This document shows, piece by piece, positions 41,917 through 56,701 of a stretch of DNA of 64,000 bases (positions are counted from its first letter, which is position 1; each line of letters opens with the position of its first letter). Location: assembly GCF_009914755.1 (NCBI RefSeq), contig NC_060930.1, one strand, 5' to 3'. The notes under the pieces are model-generated. The model saw only the letters and a list, made by a program, of their open reading frames with translations, was not told the origin of the DNA and did no database searches. Source of the DNA: the human T2T-CHM13v2.0 reference genome, Homo sapiens. Both the position numbers and the translations under genes were made by a program.

Positions 41917-44902
41917 TTGTTAATAGGTTTTTAAAGATGGGTATGCTTTTGTGGCCAAAATGCAAAAGACGTATTTTTGTCAGCAACTAAATATTATTTG
42001 GAATTTCTTCTCATGATCTCTAGAAAATACTTGATCAGGAAAAATAACTTAAGTTATCATTTTTACCTTTTTCCAATTGCAACTCTTTTTAAAGAGTCCA
42101 AGTAAATCTTTTTTTTTTTTCTCCTGATTGTCTTTGGAAGTATTGATCCAGAAATACTTCATTTCAATGGTTACAAGTAACAATAAATTTAAAATAGCAT
42201 CTGATTTCCTACAACGCTCATTTCTGTATTTATTTGAAAATGAGACTTGCAGGGAGCCATTATCCACACTGTGCTTTGACGCCAGGTGGCTTCGCTCCTG
42301 GTTCTGACGGGCAGCTCAAGTGGCGCTGGAGCTTTTGCTGGCCACACACTCACTGGAGGACCCTGTGTCAGACAGTGCATGGCCGATGACACAGCTGTGG
42401 TCAGGACCTGCCGCTGCCCTTTGGAGCTCACAGTCCCAAGGGGTAGGCAGATATGTGTGGCCAGATAATGTACTAAGTCACACTGTGTTCACCTGAAGTT
42501 CTCGTTCTTCATGCCAAAGGGCATAGAGCCCTTTGTACCTGTGCAGAGGACGTCTGCAATGCCAAGAGCAAAGGGCTCCTGCAGATAGACCAGGGACCGC
42601 CTCCTGGGTTCTGTGAAAGCCGCAGTTCCCCAAGTCTCCTGGACTCCTGAGAGGAAAGAGAGAGTCAGGGACGAGTGGCTGTGAGGAGAAGAGAGAGGAC
42701 AGGGTAAAGACGGCAGATACCAAAAGAGGAAGAAAGGACCAGCGCTCTGCACGCACTGGGCTCAGCTCCCTGGAAGCCCCCATGGGAGGTGGCCAGGTGT
42801 CCACAGGGAGGGCTGCCCAATGGGCCCCACGAGGCAGCTCCACTGGGCATGGCAGCAGTGGAGCAACCACTTGGGAACACACAGGTGTGGAAAAGGGCAA
42901 CATCCAGAGATTTTTCGGATTCCATAGAGGCCTCCCTGAGGCTTGGGTGATGCCGGGGAGGAAAAGAGAGCCGGGAATGCTGAGATGGAATTTGCTGGTC
43001 AGCCAAGAGTCAGATTTAATTTGATTTTAAGAAACTAAAGAAGTATGGCATTTCTTGCACATTTAAGTTTGTGGTTTAAATTTTGAACTCACCAAAACAT
43101 GTACAGAAATGGTTAGGGTGCATTGTGAGGACTGAGGAACAAGACTACCCTGGGCAGAGGCAGGAGTGAGATCGGAGCTGGGGAAAGGCCTCCTGTGGAG
43201 GGGCTGCGGGGAGCAGGCTCTTGAGGGTAGAGTGCAAGGGGGTTGGGTGGAGAAAGATGGGGGGCATTCTCAGGCACTGCGTTCAGGAGAAGGGCCCTGG
43301 AGGTGAAACAAACAGCTTCTCTTTTGTCTTCTGTGGTTTCTCAGCCTTTCATTCGGAAACACTTGGCAACATGGGAGGGAGCAGAGGGCCGCTCTGCAAG
43401 ACGCGAGGCCTGGTGGGAAGCCAGGCGAGAGGAGCAGAACATGGCCACAGCATGAAGAACCATCCCTGCACCACACAGTAGAGGGTGAGCAGATGCCTGG
43501 ATGCACCCCAATCCCCCAGCAAAGCCCTGAGCTGCTTTGAGCCTCAGTTACCTCGGTGGCCCAATGGAGACTGCACTGTCTCCCGGCAAGGCTGCTGGGC
43601 AGCTCACGGAAAGGACAACTGTAAGATACAGGTGTTTTCTGCCTGGCGGTGGTGAGGGCTCCTCACATTTTTCTTTTATCCTAAAAGCAACAAGGAGCAG
43701 CAGCAGTTTTTAGGGAGGAGCATGCATGGCACGACCTACGTGCCCTTTACTCATCTGGCAAGGGCCCAAGCTGAGTGAAATCTGACATCGTAGTAGAGCA
43801 GGTCCTTTGGGCCTATGAGGAGGCAGAAGGGAAGGAAGAAGGACGGCTTCCCTGGTGTTGACTCAGCAATAAAGCTTTCACCTGCAGAGAAGGGTCGGGA
43901 TGCTGACAGCAGCCCACTGATTGCAACTCAGTCTCTCTTGTTCCAGTTTCCCAGACGCGTCTGGGTCCTGGGAAAAGAGGACTGGAGTGTCAAAATGGGG
44001 AAGAATCATTTCATTCTAATCTGCACTCGATCTTAGCCAAAAGTCTGAGAAGCAATTTCCATTCTAATTGTAAAACAAGTGGCAAGAGCTAGGCATCTCT
44101 GGGACTCCTTTAACAGAAGACGAACAAAGGGGAAGAACATTGCCTCTTTCTCTCAATCCCTTTCCTCTCCCCTCAGCTCAGAGCTCCAGGTGGCTCCAGC
44201 AGCTCTGACATCACCTGCACCCATAGCGCTTGACAGGGCAGCACCTGAACGCTTGTAAGTCAGACCTGACAGGAGCACCTGTGCTGCTTGGCAGGGTGGT
44301 GTGGGGCGAACTGGAGTGAATCTGTCCTTGGGTACATGGAAAACATACTCTAAGGACTCCTGAAATTGAAGAAGGCTTACTGCTGTGACCATGGCCATAT
44401 TGATAGCTGTAGGCAGGCTGTTGGGGTGTGGTGAGACGGGCATTATAAGACAGGGATAGCAGTGGCACAGAAGGATTGATGTGGACAAAGAGCCACAGCA
44501 AAAACACCAGCGAGAAGACAGCTGCCATGATTTAAATGAGAGAATATAGGGCTCTGAAATTTAAAAACTGACAAAGGTGACACAAATTCTTCACTTAAAT
44601 TTCATATCCCTGAATTATCTGCATAAAACAAAGGGTAAAAGGGAGAAGGTGGATTTTAATCTTAGCATGGAAACACCCACATTTAAATGTAAAGATGTGA
44701 ATATATTCTAAGTATTTTAAAAAGATATATTCAAAATAATTAAAATGTTTCTCATTTTAAAGAAATAAGATGTCAGATGAAAGATGTTGGACAGTTATTC
44801 TTGAAAGTGGTCTAAGATTGTTTACAAATCATGTCTGCTTGGAGAAAACATTTTTCAAAAAAATTTATTTAAAAAAAATTTTCATTTTAAGGCTGTTAAA
44901 AA

Positions 44903-45039
44903 AATTTATTTATTATTACAACTTTTTTTTGTAGAGATGAGGGTCTTACCATGTTGCCCAGGCTGGTCTCAAGCAATCCTCCCACCTTGGCCTCTCAAAG
45001 TGCTGGGATTACACGTGTGAGTTACCCACCGTGCCCAAT
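44903..45039 (-). mobile_element. FLAM_C / Alu left-arm monomer
   Basis: TTTTGTAGAGATGAGGGTCTTACCATGTTGCCCAGGCTGGTCTC...CAAAGTGCTGGGATTACA. Confidence 0.85.
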
Positions 45040-46334
45040 CTCAAAAAAATATTTAATAAGAGGAAAATCCATGTATTGGCTCCTATCAATCACTGCCCAC
45101 TATTCAGCCTTTCTCCCCAATTGACTAAGAAATTTATGTCACATGATAGAAGTGAAGAAAAATTAAGTATATTCACGTTATATCTAAAGCTTTGTATAAT
45201 ATCTAATTATTCCAACACCAATAAAATCTGTTATCACCTATTAGAGGGAAAAAATGTCCACTATTTAGAAAATGTATAGAGAAATGACCTGGAAATAATG
45301 ACCATTCTAAAGACACATGTAAATATCTATAGTTTTAAAGCATATTTTAAAATGAGATAATTTAACAAATAAGAGTTACAATGATAAAACAACAATTATT
45401 TCACTAAAGTCTATATTTTAGGTCATAGAAAGTGCTTTTTTAAAAGGAAAAAAAAAAAAACATTCCTGTGCAGCATTTTACAGATTTCAAAGCATCATTA
45501 AACAACTGAGAAGTGAATTTCTTTTCAGAACAGGAGAGGCCATGCATCTCTTACACCACATCTCCATCTATTTCATCAGCAGTTGTGTTAAAATTCCTAG
45601 ATGAGGGATCAGAAAGCTTTGGAACTTGAAATCAGTTTGTCCTCAAGACTGGTGGTTAACATGATATCATTGACTATTGGAAACAACTGAAAAACTCTTT
45701 TTTTTCCTATTAGAACATCGAATACTTCTACAGAATATTTCTATTCTATGTTCTAATGTAAAAATATTCATTTTTTAAATTTTTTAATTCTTTTAAGGCT
45801 TTAAATTTTGACAGGTTTGCCAGTACTCTTGCTCGGCAGTTTTTTCTACTTCATCTGTTAGTCTGCCCTCCTCCCTGTCTGGAATGATCTGCATAGAAAG
45901 GATTGTGCAAATTCTCATCGGCCACAAACGTTCTGCTCACATGTACCAGATGACCCTAGTGCCTTGCAAGAAACTTGAGACCCATCGCATGATTTCTCCA
46001 GAATCAGATCCAACAGGATGCACTGCTCCTGCTGAACAACTAAGAAACGTTATTTTCAACCCCAGCTTGAAAACTTGATAGATAGTGTTTTCTTATTAGT
46101 AATGACCCACTGGCTAAGCCCTTTTCAGACATCTAACAGGTCATGAGTATGTGATTATCATGCTCAAATTTACACATATGAGGGGCCCTAGTATGGTTTC
46201 TCTCTTTCTATATAGTGCAAAAACCTAACGATTAAATATTGATTTAAAAGAGTGTTTGGAGCTCAGGCAGTAATTGTGCAGCCCGGTTCCTAACAGGTCA
46301 CAGCCAAGTACGAGCCTGAGGCTCAGGGGCTGGG

Positions 46335-46492
46335 GACCCCTGATGTATACCACTGGCGAGGGACTCTAATAATGGGAAAGACTACACATGTATGATGGAT
46401 ATGAGGGCAAAGGGTATATGGGGTATCTCTGTACCTTCCTCTCAACTTTGCTGTGAACCCAAAACTGCTGTAACAAATTAAGGTCTTAAAAT
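46335..46492 (+). mobile_element. L1MC-type 3' end fragment
   Basis: GGGTATATGGG...TCTCTGTACCTTCCTCTCAACTTTGCTGTGAACCCAAAACTGCT resembles the L1MC1 3' end. Confidence 0.7.
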
Positions 46493-47704
46493 ACATATAT
46501 TACTTCTCTTCATCACTGAGGTTTCTGATACCCCCTTAAATTTTGTACTCCAGGCCAATGCCTCAGCAACCTCACCCCGGTCCCAGGCCTGTGGCTCATC
46601 ATATGTTTCCAAATCACCGATGGGTTTTGCTTCTAGTGACTTATGTAAATATAAGCATTATTTTACAATGTTTTTAAATTTAATGACAAAAATACTGCAC
46701 ACTCATAAAAAGTAAAAAGTAGAAAACAGCAAAAAAAAAAAAAAAAAAGAGTGGGTAAATTGTTGACTGGTCATGATTTTGTAGAAAATAGTAAATTTGA
46801 GAGCATAAGAAGTTTGAGATCAGCTTTGAAGTTCCTGAGTTCAGGTCATTAGCATTTAATTATCAATGCCACCTTTCAGCCATGGTTCTCCATTTTTATA
46901 AGTGGATGCCTAGAGCACTTGGTGGGATTTCAGCAATACTTTCATAGCTCTCCAGGTGATGTCAATGGCTAGGGTAAATGGTGTGGGTGGCATGATACAG
47001 AACATCTGACTTTCCCCTCATTCTTCCCATATGTTTACATCCTACTTATCTACATAGATCAACCAATAAACCCTTTGCGTAAAAATTACATACACACTAT
47101 AATGCTCTTATAAATCTTCACACTTTGTTGACACTTAGTAAATATTAAAAACCATAAATCACAGAAAAAATATTATTAAGTTTTGTTATTATGGGTCCAA
47201 TCTACCCAGTGGCTTACCATGATCTACGGAATAAATTTCATACTCCTTAGATTTGAATTAAACATCCCCAGAGTCTGTTGCCAAGATTTTCCAGCTTCTT
47301 TCAAACTACTTCCTATCCATACACAGGGCTCCAGTGAGTTAGGAATTATATTCTCCGAGAGGACCCTGGAATGTCTGCCTTCGTATCTTTGCTAGTTTTG
47401 TTCCTTTGACTTCAAACACACTTAGCCCAGACTCCCTATTCAAAGCAAACCACAGCCATCTCCTTAGGAAACTTTCTCCATTCCCCACAAGGGCGTGCCT
47501 CCATGGCCCCACACTGCACACATCCCTACAGTACCAGGAACCACGCCTGACCTTGGAGCTGGAGTTGTTTGTTACTGGCTAGTTTCCTCCAGGACAAAGT
47601 AAACTCACTGAAGACAGAGAAGGTTTCTTATAGCTTCTTCCTTGCTGTGCACTTTATAGAGAATGAAAAAGTGTTCCATTGAATGGAATAGAATCAAGAA
47701 GTCA

Positions 47705-48417
<713 letters not shown>

Positions 48418-49832
48418 TAAAAATATATTAAACATGTTTTCCTGTCTTTAGAGTCATATCCTGTTGTGTCTGTCCTTTCAAATGGAAACCTTGACACAGC
48501 TGCAGTACACTCTGCTTTAATTACTTACTTAATTTGAAGAATGTTAAAGGTAAAATTGTAATAAGAAATTGTTTCCCAACATACTTTCCTTAGGTTCCCT
48601 GCTACCTCTTTAGTTTTGTTTTTTTCTTTTCATTCCATATCTCCAATCCACACAGAATGAATTTTATTTCCTTCCCTCGTCAGTCTTTCAACCTCCCCCG
48701 CAATTCTCAACCCTGCAATTCAACACTCTGCTCCCAAACCAGCCTTCTTGTCACTTCCAACTCATCTTCTTATTTAAGCTGCATTGCTTTTCCGTGAATT
48801 AGACTGGATCTTAAGTGAAGGAGACACAAACCAACTGCAAATGATGAATAAATACCATCAGTGGGGACTTAGTGAATGGCTAGGTCATTTTCACCCCCAG
48901 TGCCAGGACCATCATGGGAAAGTCGTCCTTTTGGCTGTTCCGGAAGAAGTGGCAGCATAGTGACTTTCTCCTTTCCCTGTGGATAGCATGCAACAGGACC
49001 AAAGGGAGTATTCTGGGCTCCCAAAACATGGGGAAGAGCCTATGCTCTCATGTTTGGACATTCCTAGCAACGGGTTCCATTAAAAAGCTGTCCTAAACTC
49101 TAGGCTTATCAAGACTTTTACATAAAAAGACTATTGCATTTTTAAAACATAAATTTCATTCCTTTATGAACTTCAAATTTGCTGCTACTAAAAACATGAT
49201 TGCTCTTGTTTCCATGGGACTTTTCTTCTAGTGAGTCTTTGTGGAATGCCTGTGATGGCCAGGTACTAGTATAGCGGCGCAAATACAACAGCAACTAGTC
49301 AGACACACCTACACTCAAGGAATTTACATTTGTGTTAGTGAAACAGGCAATAAAGAAGGGAATGACAAGCCCACCTTTTTGCTCTTGTTCACCACTCAGT
49401 GAAGGTCCATGGGCTGAGGTGGGCTGTGGGTCTCTTTGTCTGGTGCACCTTGTTCTGAAGCAAGGGCATCCCAACAGACAACAGCTGCCCTTGTGTGGCC
49501 CAAGGCTCAATATTGTCCTTGACGTGGACATGGAAGGAAACACAGAAATTTCAACCTCTGCTTCCGAGAAATGATTGCCAATTCATTCAGAGGTTAGTCT
49601 GCAGAGCTGACTGAGATCACCAAGGGAAACTGGAAGCTTATTGCCTTCCAACTTTATTTCTTTGAGTGCAAAGCCTATGAAGATAATCTGTTCTCAGTCA
49701 AAGAGAAATTTAATATAGCACTCCCTGATTTCTTCTATTTAATTCATAGTCTCCTGGCAATCCCTAAAGTACATTCACTGTGTGTTCAAGTTTTGCCTTG
49801 TTGTTTGCTTGCATCAAAGAGAGAATTAAATT

Positions 49833-49834
<2 letters not shown>

Positions 49835-49868
<34 letters not shown>
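49835..49868. repeat. (AC)17 microsatellite
   Basis: Read directly from the sequence. Confidence 0.97.
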
Positions 49869-49871
<3 letters not shown>

Positions 49872-50329
49872 GTGAACCCAGATCCCGGTTCCCTCAAGGC
49901 TGGCCTAAAAGTTATTGTTTTCATATCAGGTTTAATCAACAGCTTCTGTCATATTCCATATGCCACCTCGTTCTATTGCTAACACTTTTATTTTCTAATG
50001 ATTAACCTTAACACACACAATTTTGCCTTAGCTTAGCCATTTTAGTTATATAATCATTCTGAAGGAAAAGGTCAAATTTATGAATTTCTAGACTGTTCAG
50101 CACCCTGTAGGGACTGTCAAAACCTTTTAAAATAAAAGTGATTATTTTCCATGCCAAGAAATCGCTGGGTCATTGGGAACAGTGGGCGCATCTTGCTTCC
50201 CATGCCAGCATGCCCTGAGTGTCCCTGGCCAATGCATTTCTAGGGGTTTCCATGCTAGATGTCCTCTTTAGACATAAACAGTTTTCACGCCCAGCTTAAT
50301 CATTTATCCGAGGGTTCTTTAAAATGTGA

Positions 50330-50649
<320 letters not shown>

Positions 50650-51130
50650 AGAATTTTAAAATTTAATTTAGAATTAAATGATTAAGAAAAATAAATTTTG
50701 CAGCTGAAGATGGAAATTCCATGCTCTAACTTCCCCATGCCACCAGTGATTACACTGTAAGGTGGATCCTAAAACATGAGGTCATTATAGGGAGACACCA
50801 CTCTGTGCCTTGGTGTGAGTCCCCCACTCTCTCTACCAGACTTTTTACTGTCTTGTCTTTGCCTTTCCATTCAGTCAGGGCTGTCCTGGCAATGGAAGGC
50901 ACTGCTGCGCACCCTCCTTACACTCTGGCCATTGAGAGTTTGGTGTGTAAAGGACAGCAGGGATTTACAATCCCACAGACACAGAGTTTGAATTGGAACT
51001 TTCCTCTAATGTCAGCAGGCTGAGCTCCATTATGGACACATCCCAGAGTCCTTACAAGAGGAAGAATCTGGAAGATGCTGGAATGGCTTGGACTTAAAGA
51101 GCCTTCTAACCTGACTCACTGTTAACTTCC

Positions 51131-51821
51131 TGTGATGGTTAATTTTATACATCCACTTGACAAAATCATGGGATGCCCAGATATCTGGCTAAACATTATT
51201 TCTGGTTGTGTCCGTGAGGGTGTTTCTGGATTAGCATTTGAGTTGAGAAAAGCAGATGGCCTCCCCAGAATGGATGGGCAGCATCCCATCACTAAGGACC
51301 CGAACAGAACAAAAAGGCAGAGGAACTCTGAATTTTCCCTCCGCCTGACCTCTTGAGCTGGGACATCAATCCTCTCCTGCCCTCAGCACTCCTAGTTCTT
51401 AGGCCTCAGACTCTGACTGGAATGCACACCATTGGCTCTCCAGCTCCCAGGCCTTCAAACGGCATCAGCAGCTTTCGTATGACTCCAGCTTGCAGATGGC
51501 AGATTGTGGGACTTTTCAGCCTCCATAAACGCAAGAACCAATTTCTCATAATAAATTTCTATTAATCTATCTATCTGTGTATCGATCGATTGAACAATCC
51601 ATCCATCCATCCATCCATCCATCCATCCATCCATCCATCCATCCAACCATCCGTCCATCCATCCGTCCTCCTTTCCTTTCCATCCATCCATCCATCCATC
51701 CATCCATCCATCCATCCATCCACCCACCCCTATCCTATTCCTATCTATCCATCTATCCACCTATTCCTCAATCCATCTATCTTTCCTATTGGTTCTGTTT
51801 CTCCAGAGAGCCTTAACATAC
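51131..51821 (+). mobile_element. MLT2C/D-type ERVL solo LTR with an internal (TCCA)n expansion
   Basis: TGTGATGGTTAATTTTAT start, GGGATGCCCAGATATCTGG, CAGCTTGCAGATGGCAGATTGTGGGACTT and CCTATTGGTTCTGTTTCTC end. Confidence 0.85.
51597..51780. repeat. (ATCC)n tetranucleotide repeat, interrupted
   Basis: Read directly from the sequence. It explains the HPSI/MDGW ORFs. Confidence 0.95.
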
Positions 51822-52229
51822 TGCTTTAGAAACCTCCATCTCTTCCACATACTGCAGTCTACCAGTTGGATCTTTTGTAGGCTTCAACCCTAACCTCTCA
51901 CTTCCTGAGTTCAGTGCCTGGAAAAACAGCCTCTTGGGTCTAATCTTTTCTTCCGAAGCAAGGCCCCTGCAGGCAGCTCTCACCCGGGTTTGCCAGGCTT
52001 CATGGCAGGTTCAGTTCTACTTTTACTATATCTCTAACCCATAAGTTCTGCTTTCCAAGACTTTTTCTAAAATTGGGGATCAAGAAGTGCTGGGGCTGAA
52101 AGCCTAACAAATATCTAGGAAGGAGAATCTACTTAACATGGGGAATAGGACTTTCTGCATCTCTGTTTTTGAATAGAGATTATCTGGAGCCTGTCTAGGT
52201 TATCTGCTCATGCTGAAAAAGGCTTCTCT

Positions 52230-52590
52230 AACACATGTATTTTCTCCACAAGGCACATCATAGCCTTCTTGCACTTAGGAATACTAGACAGCACTATGCT
52301 TGGGGGGCATTTTAAACAGTAAGATCACCAACAAAAAGCACAAAAATGTAAAAACCACGGTACTAAATAGGCCATGAAAAGGACATCCTTGTTCATAGCA
52401 TGAGAGCTGAAACAAGAAGGCAGAGCATTGCTCTTTCATCCACAGCAGACAGCAAGAGTGTTGGGTGAGTCAAACTTTGTTGCTCTGCAAATGTTGATGA
52501 AGATCTTAAAGGCGTCTGGAATACTGATTTTGGGGTTACAAATAAGACTTAGCGAGTGGGCAAACAGCAAAGACAGAATCTGTGATGACA
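52230..52590 (-). mobile_element. MER82 (TcMar-Tigger) fragment
   Basis: AGCCTTCTTGCACTTAGGAATACTAGACAGCAC, TGAGAGCTGAAACAAGAAGGCAGAGC and GATTTTGGGGTTACAAATAA are the reverse complement of the recalled MER82 consensus. Confidence 0.8.
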
Positions 52591-53098
52591 CTGTCATCAC
52601 ACACTTTGAATACAATGTTTTCTGAGTTTGCCGATTTGTGGACTATCCTGAATTTGTGCTCAATTTTTATCTCTCTCCAACTGCTTATGTTTTGCCTCTC
52701 TCTCCATGTCAACAGATTACACTCTATAAGGGAAAATGGAAATAAAGATGCAGGCGAAACTTGAATATCGGTGTGGGTTTTGCATGGCAAACACTGACGC
52801 CAAATTTGCCTCTACTCTGAATGCTCAAGTTGTGGGAGCGCTACTTTAAGATGGAAATATGTGCTCTAAGGGAAATAATAACCAGAATAACTTTAGTTTT
52901 AAAATTATATACCAAGAGGAAAAAAAATAGTAAAAACCCAACTCCTTCTTACTAAGTTTTTAAAGAAACACTCAAAAAAGTAAAATTAAACCCCCAGAGT
53001 ATAATTCCCATTCTAATGACCACTGAGCACGTCATTGCTTTTGGTTGATAAAATAAGCACATGTTCTTCTCTTTACCTCGAAAACTTGAATGATTTCA

Positions 53099-53679
<581 letters not shown>

Positions 53680-55528
53680 TTAAACACAATATATTTCTGA
53701 TTATAAAAATATTTTTCTGATCATAAAAATAGATGTCTTTAGAATTAAAAAAACACATAAACATAAAAAGGAGATAATTTAAAAAGCTTATAAAACATAG
53801 AAGAAAAACTAGCCCTAAATATTTCTGAAAACCAATATAATGTCATTTTAAATGGCACACAGGGCAATACCAACATAGATCTCTTTGTTCGAAAGATAGA
53901 TTTTTTCTGTCTTTTAATTTATCTAAAAATAAATCATGGTGTATTTTTTTCCCTCCATTCTTTACAGGAGTATGGGTGTTTTATCTTATCAGATTTCCTT
54001 CATGGGGAAAATGTATGTGACTTAGTCACCCAGCCAGGTGATGGTTGACTACAGGTGGACCAAGGAATGAAAGTTGGCAAGTTTGGGCACTTTTTTTATA
54101 TTCAATTCTCAGGAAAGAGATACCCAAAATTATGTGTCTCTGCTGAACAATACATACAATTATGACCAGCAATAGGAGTTGTGGAGGCCATAGCTCTGGG
54201 GTTCAAAATGATCCTGAAATAAAGTATTAGAAACCCTCTCATTTCTTTCTAATATTGGAAAAGTCACATGTCTTTTAAAATTAACAACCACATTATCATG
54301 AGCAATTCTAATTTCCCCCAATGTAATCATCACGAAAACATTTGTGATTGACAGGTTTTCTACCCCAGATGTAAATTTTTGGAAATACTAATATACAATT
54401 ACTTTTCATAATGGGTACACAGCTACTAAATGATGTATGGCCAATTCCCAAAGTTTCAAATGGATAAATATTAGTCTAATGTGCTCAATCAATGCAGAGA
54501 AATAGCTCTAAGCCCTTTTCCTGCAAGGGAAAATATTTACCGTATATCACAGATAGATTGGCCACAGGCACTAAGCAGTGATGGAGAAGCCTAGAAATCC
54601 TTGTAAATGTCCTTGTACTTCAGTGAAGGACATCCTCAAAAGACAGAAAGGAAAAAGAAAAGAAAACTCTGAATGGTGTTACCTCAAGCATTCTCTAAAA
54701 CACAGCACTTAGAATCAGACCTGCATCAGCACGTTGCTGCTTGACACACGAAAGCCCCTTTGCATTTAACAACAACACAACAAAGGTTACAGAGAACTTT
54801 TGATATCCTTCATTTACCAGATTATTTCTTCCATCCATAGTTTACAGCACTGAATTAGAGATTGTTAATAGTAATAATAATAAGAAAAAAAGATTTTGAC
54901 CATGGACTATGATGTAACCCATCATAGTGGATCAACTGTATACTGAGTCTGACTAGAAAAAAATCAAAACAGTAAAATACCAATCAGATGCACTTCACAT
55001 AATGTTGTCCTTTTAAATTTTGAATTGTGGTACAATATACATAACGTAAATACCCTTTGGGGTTTTTTTTTAAGCAATTAGGCACACAGTGTGCAATTTA
55101 TAACTGCTATGAAATAACCCTACCCCTCTTTATTTGGGCAAAGGTCACTATGGATTTTTTTTTTAATTTTTAACTGTAGAAAAGGATGGAATTTCCCACC
55201 TTTCCTTAAATAAGAAATTCCAGACAATCACATCATGTCCATTACATCCCAATACTCGGTTTTGACTAAGAACTGGATGCACATCTATCTAACTGTCCAA
55301 ATCCCTTTTTGGATTCTCAAATAGTGAATCTTCTTGGAATCAGTGGTTAAAGTTCCCACTTTTTCACGTGGACCGTATGGGTGACAGACTCCCTGTTTGC
55401 TAACATGAGGATGACAGTTGCAGATTTCAATGCAAACTAAGGAAGAATTCTCAGCTGAGTTGTGCTGTGTAGAAAACAGAATTGGCAGCTTTGTGAAGTG
55501 GGGGCTCCCAGTACTTAGAAGTCCCGAA

Positions 55529-55693
55529 CAGTGGCTTGACACTCACTGCGGGATCAGAATCTCCTGGTGGGCATTCACTAAACTCAGATGCCCAGACCTC
55601 ATCATTAATTGTCCTCGGTGGGACCCAGGCATCGGCATTTCTTAAAAACCTCCCCAGGCAATTCCAATCTACATTGAAGCCTGCCAATCCCTG
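55529..55693. mobile_element. MER5A/B (hAT-Charlie)
   Basis: ATCAGAATCTCCTGG...CAGATGCCCAGACC...GTGGGACCCAGGCATCGGCATTT...CTCCCCAGGCAATTC. Confidence 0.65.
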
Positions 55694-56648
55694 TGTAGTC
55701 ACAGGCTACAGGCTCCCAGGTCAACCCAGGTGGCCTCTGACATCCCTACCAGCCCCAGGACTGTGGACTAGGACACGGTTTTGCCTAATGACTGATTATA
55801 TCCTGCCTTGGTTAAGGGCAATAGAATTGAGAAGATTAGCACTGCCCCCAACTGGCTACAAAAGGAATGGAAAAGCTCAAAGGAAGAACCATGGAGGTAG
55901 AATATACCGGGAGCCAAGAAAATTGTTTTCAACTACCTGAAATGAGAGAGGTTCCTCTATAATGATGAACAAATGACAGAGAAAGCAGTTTTGATCTAAT
56001 AATGTCCAGTCCAGGGGTAAATGGGGTTCTTCCGCTCCTAACACTTTTGTTGCTCTTTGCCCACTTCTTGGTGTACTAGTAACCACCCTATTGGGCACTC
56101 AGTGTCTTCCCAAATCCACATGTGTTCTCAGCAAAGGCCTGATCTCAGTTATTTACACCAGCAAAGTGAATGCAAGTTTACCTGGTAACCTCACTCAAAA
56201 GTGTTGCATTTTGAGCCTTAACTCCACAAAATGAAGAGTCTGAACCATTTTGAAAGGAACCTAAAGACAACTGAGAAGGCAAGGACATCTTTGTAGAGCA
56301 GAAGTCTTTTCCTGTAAGTCTGAGATCTTTCCATAGAAGCGGCTGCTAGAGGGAAAGATGAGAGACAGGGTGAGGATTAATGGGGACAAAACCCTGGAAG
56401 AGAAAGTTGGAAACGGTACAGTCAATCATGAGAGCACAGGACATTTACAGAGAAAAGAGTGAGGAGGTGTTTTTCAATTCCATAAAATAGAAAATAGGAA
56501 GAGTGAGCTTAGATCATAGCGTGATCAATTTTAAGCAAATAGACGATGAGAAATACTTTTCTGATTACATAGTGGACTGGGTGGCGGACAGAGGCTGAAG
56601 AAGTGTTTAAAAACAGGCCATGCATTCTCATATCTGCATAGAACATCC

Positions 56649-56701
56649 AAGCATTACATACGTCTCTCATTATTCCAAAGCATTACATACATCTCTCCTT
56701 A
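56649..56701. repeat. 29-bp tandem duplication
   Basis: AAGCATTACATACGTCTCTCATT / AAGCATTACATACATCTCTCCTT. Confidence 0.85.

Noticed and set aside
51455-51829. HPSI/MDGW repeat ORFs
   Set aside because: Translations of the (ATCC)n microsatellite inside MLT2.
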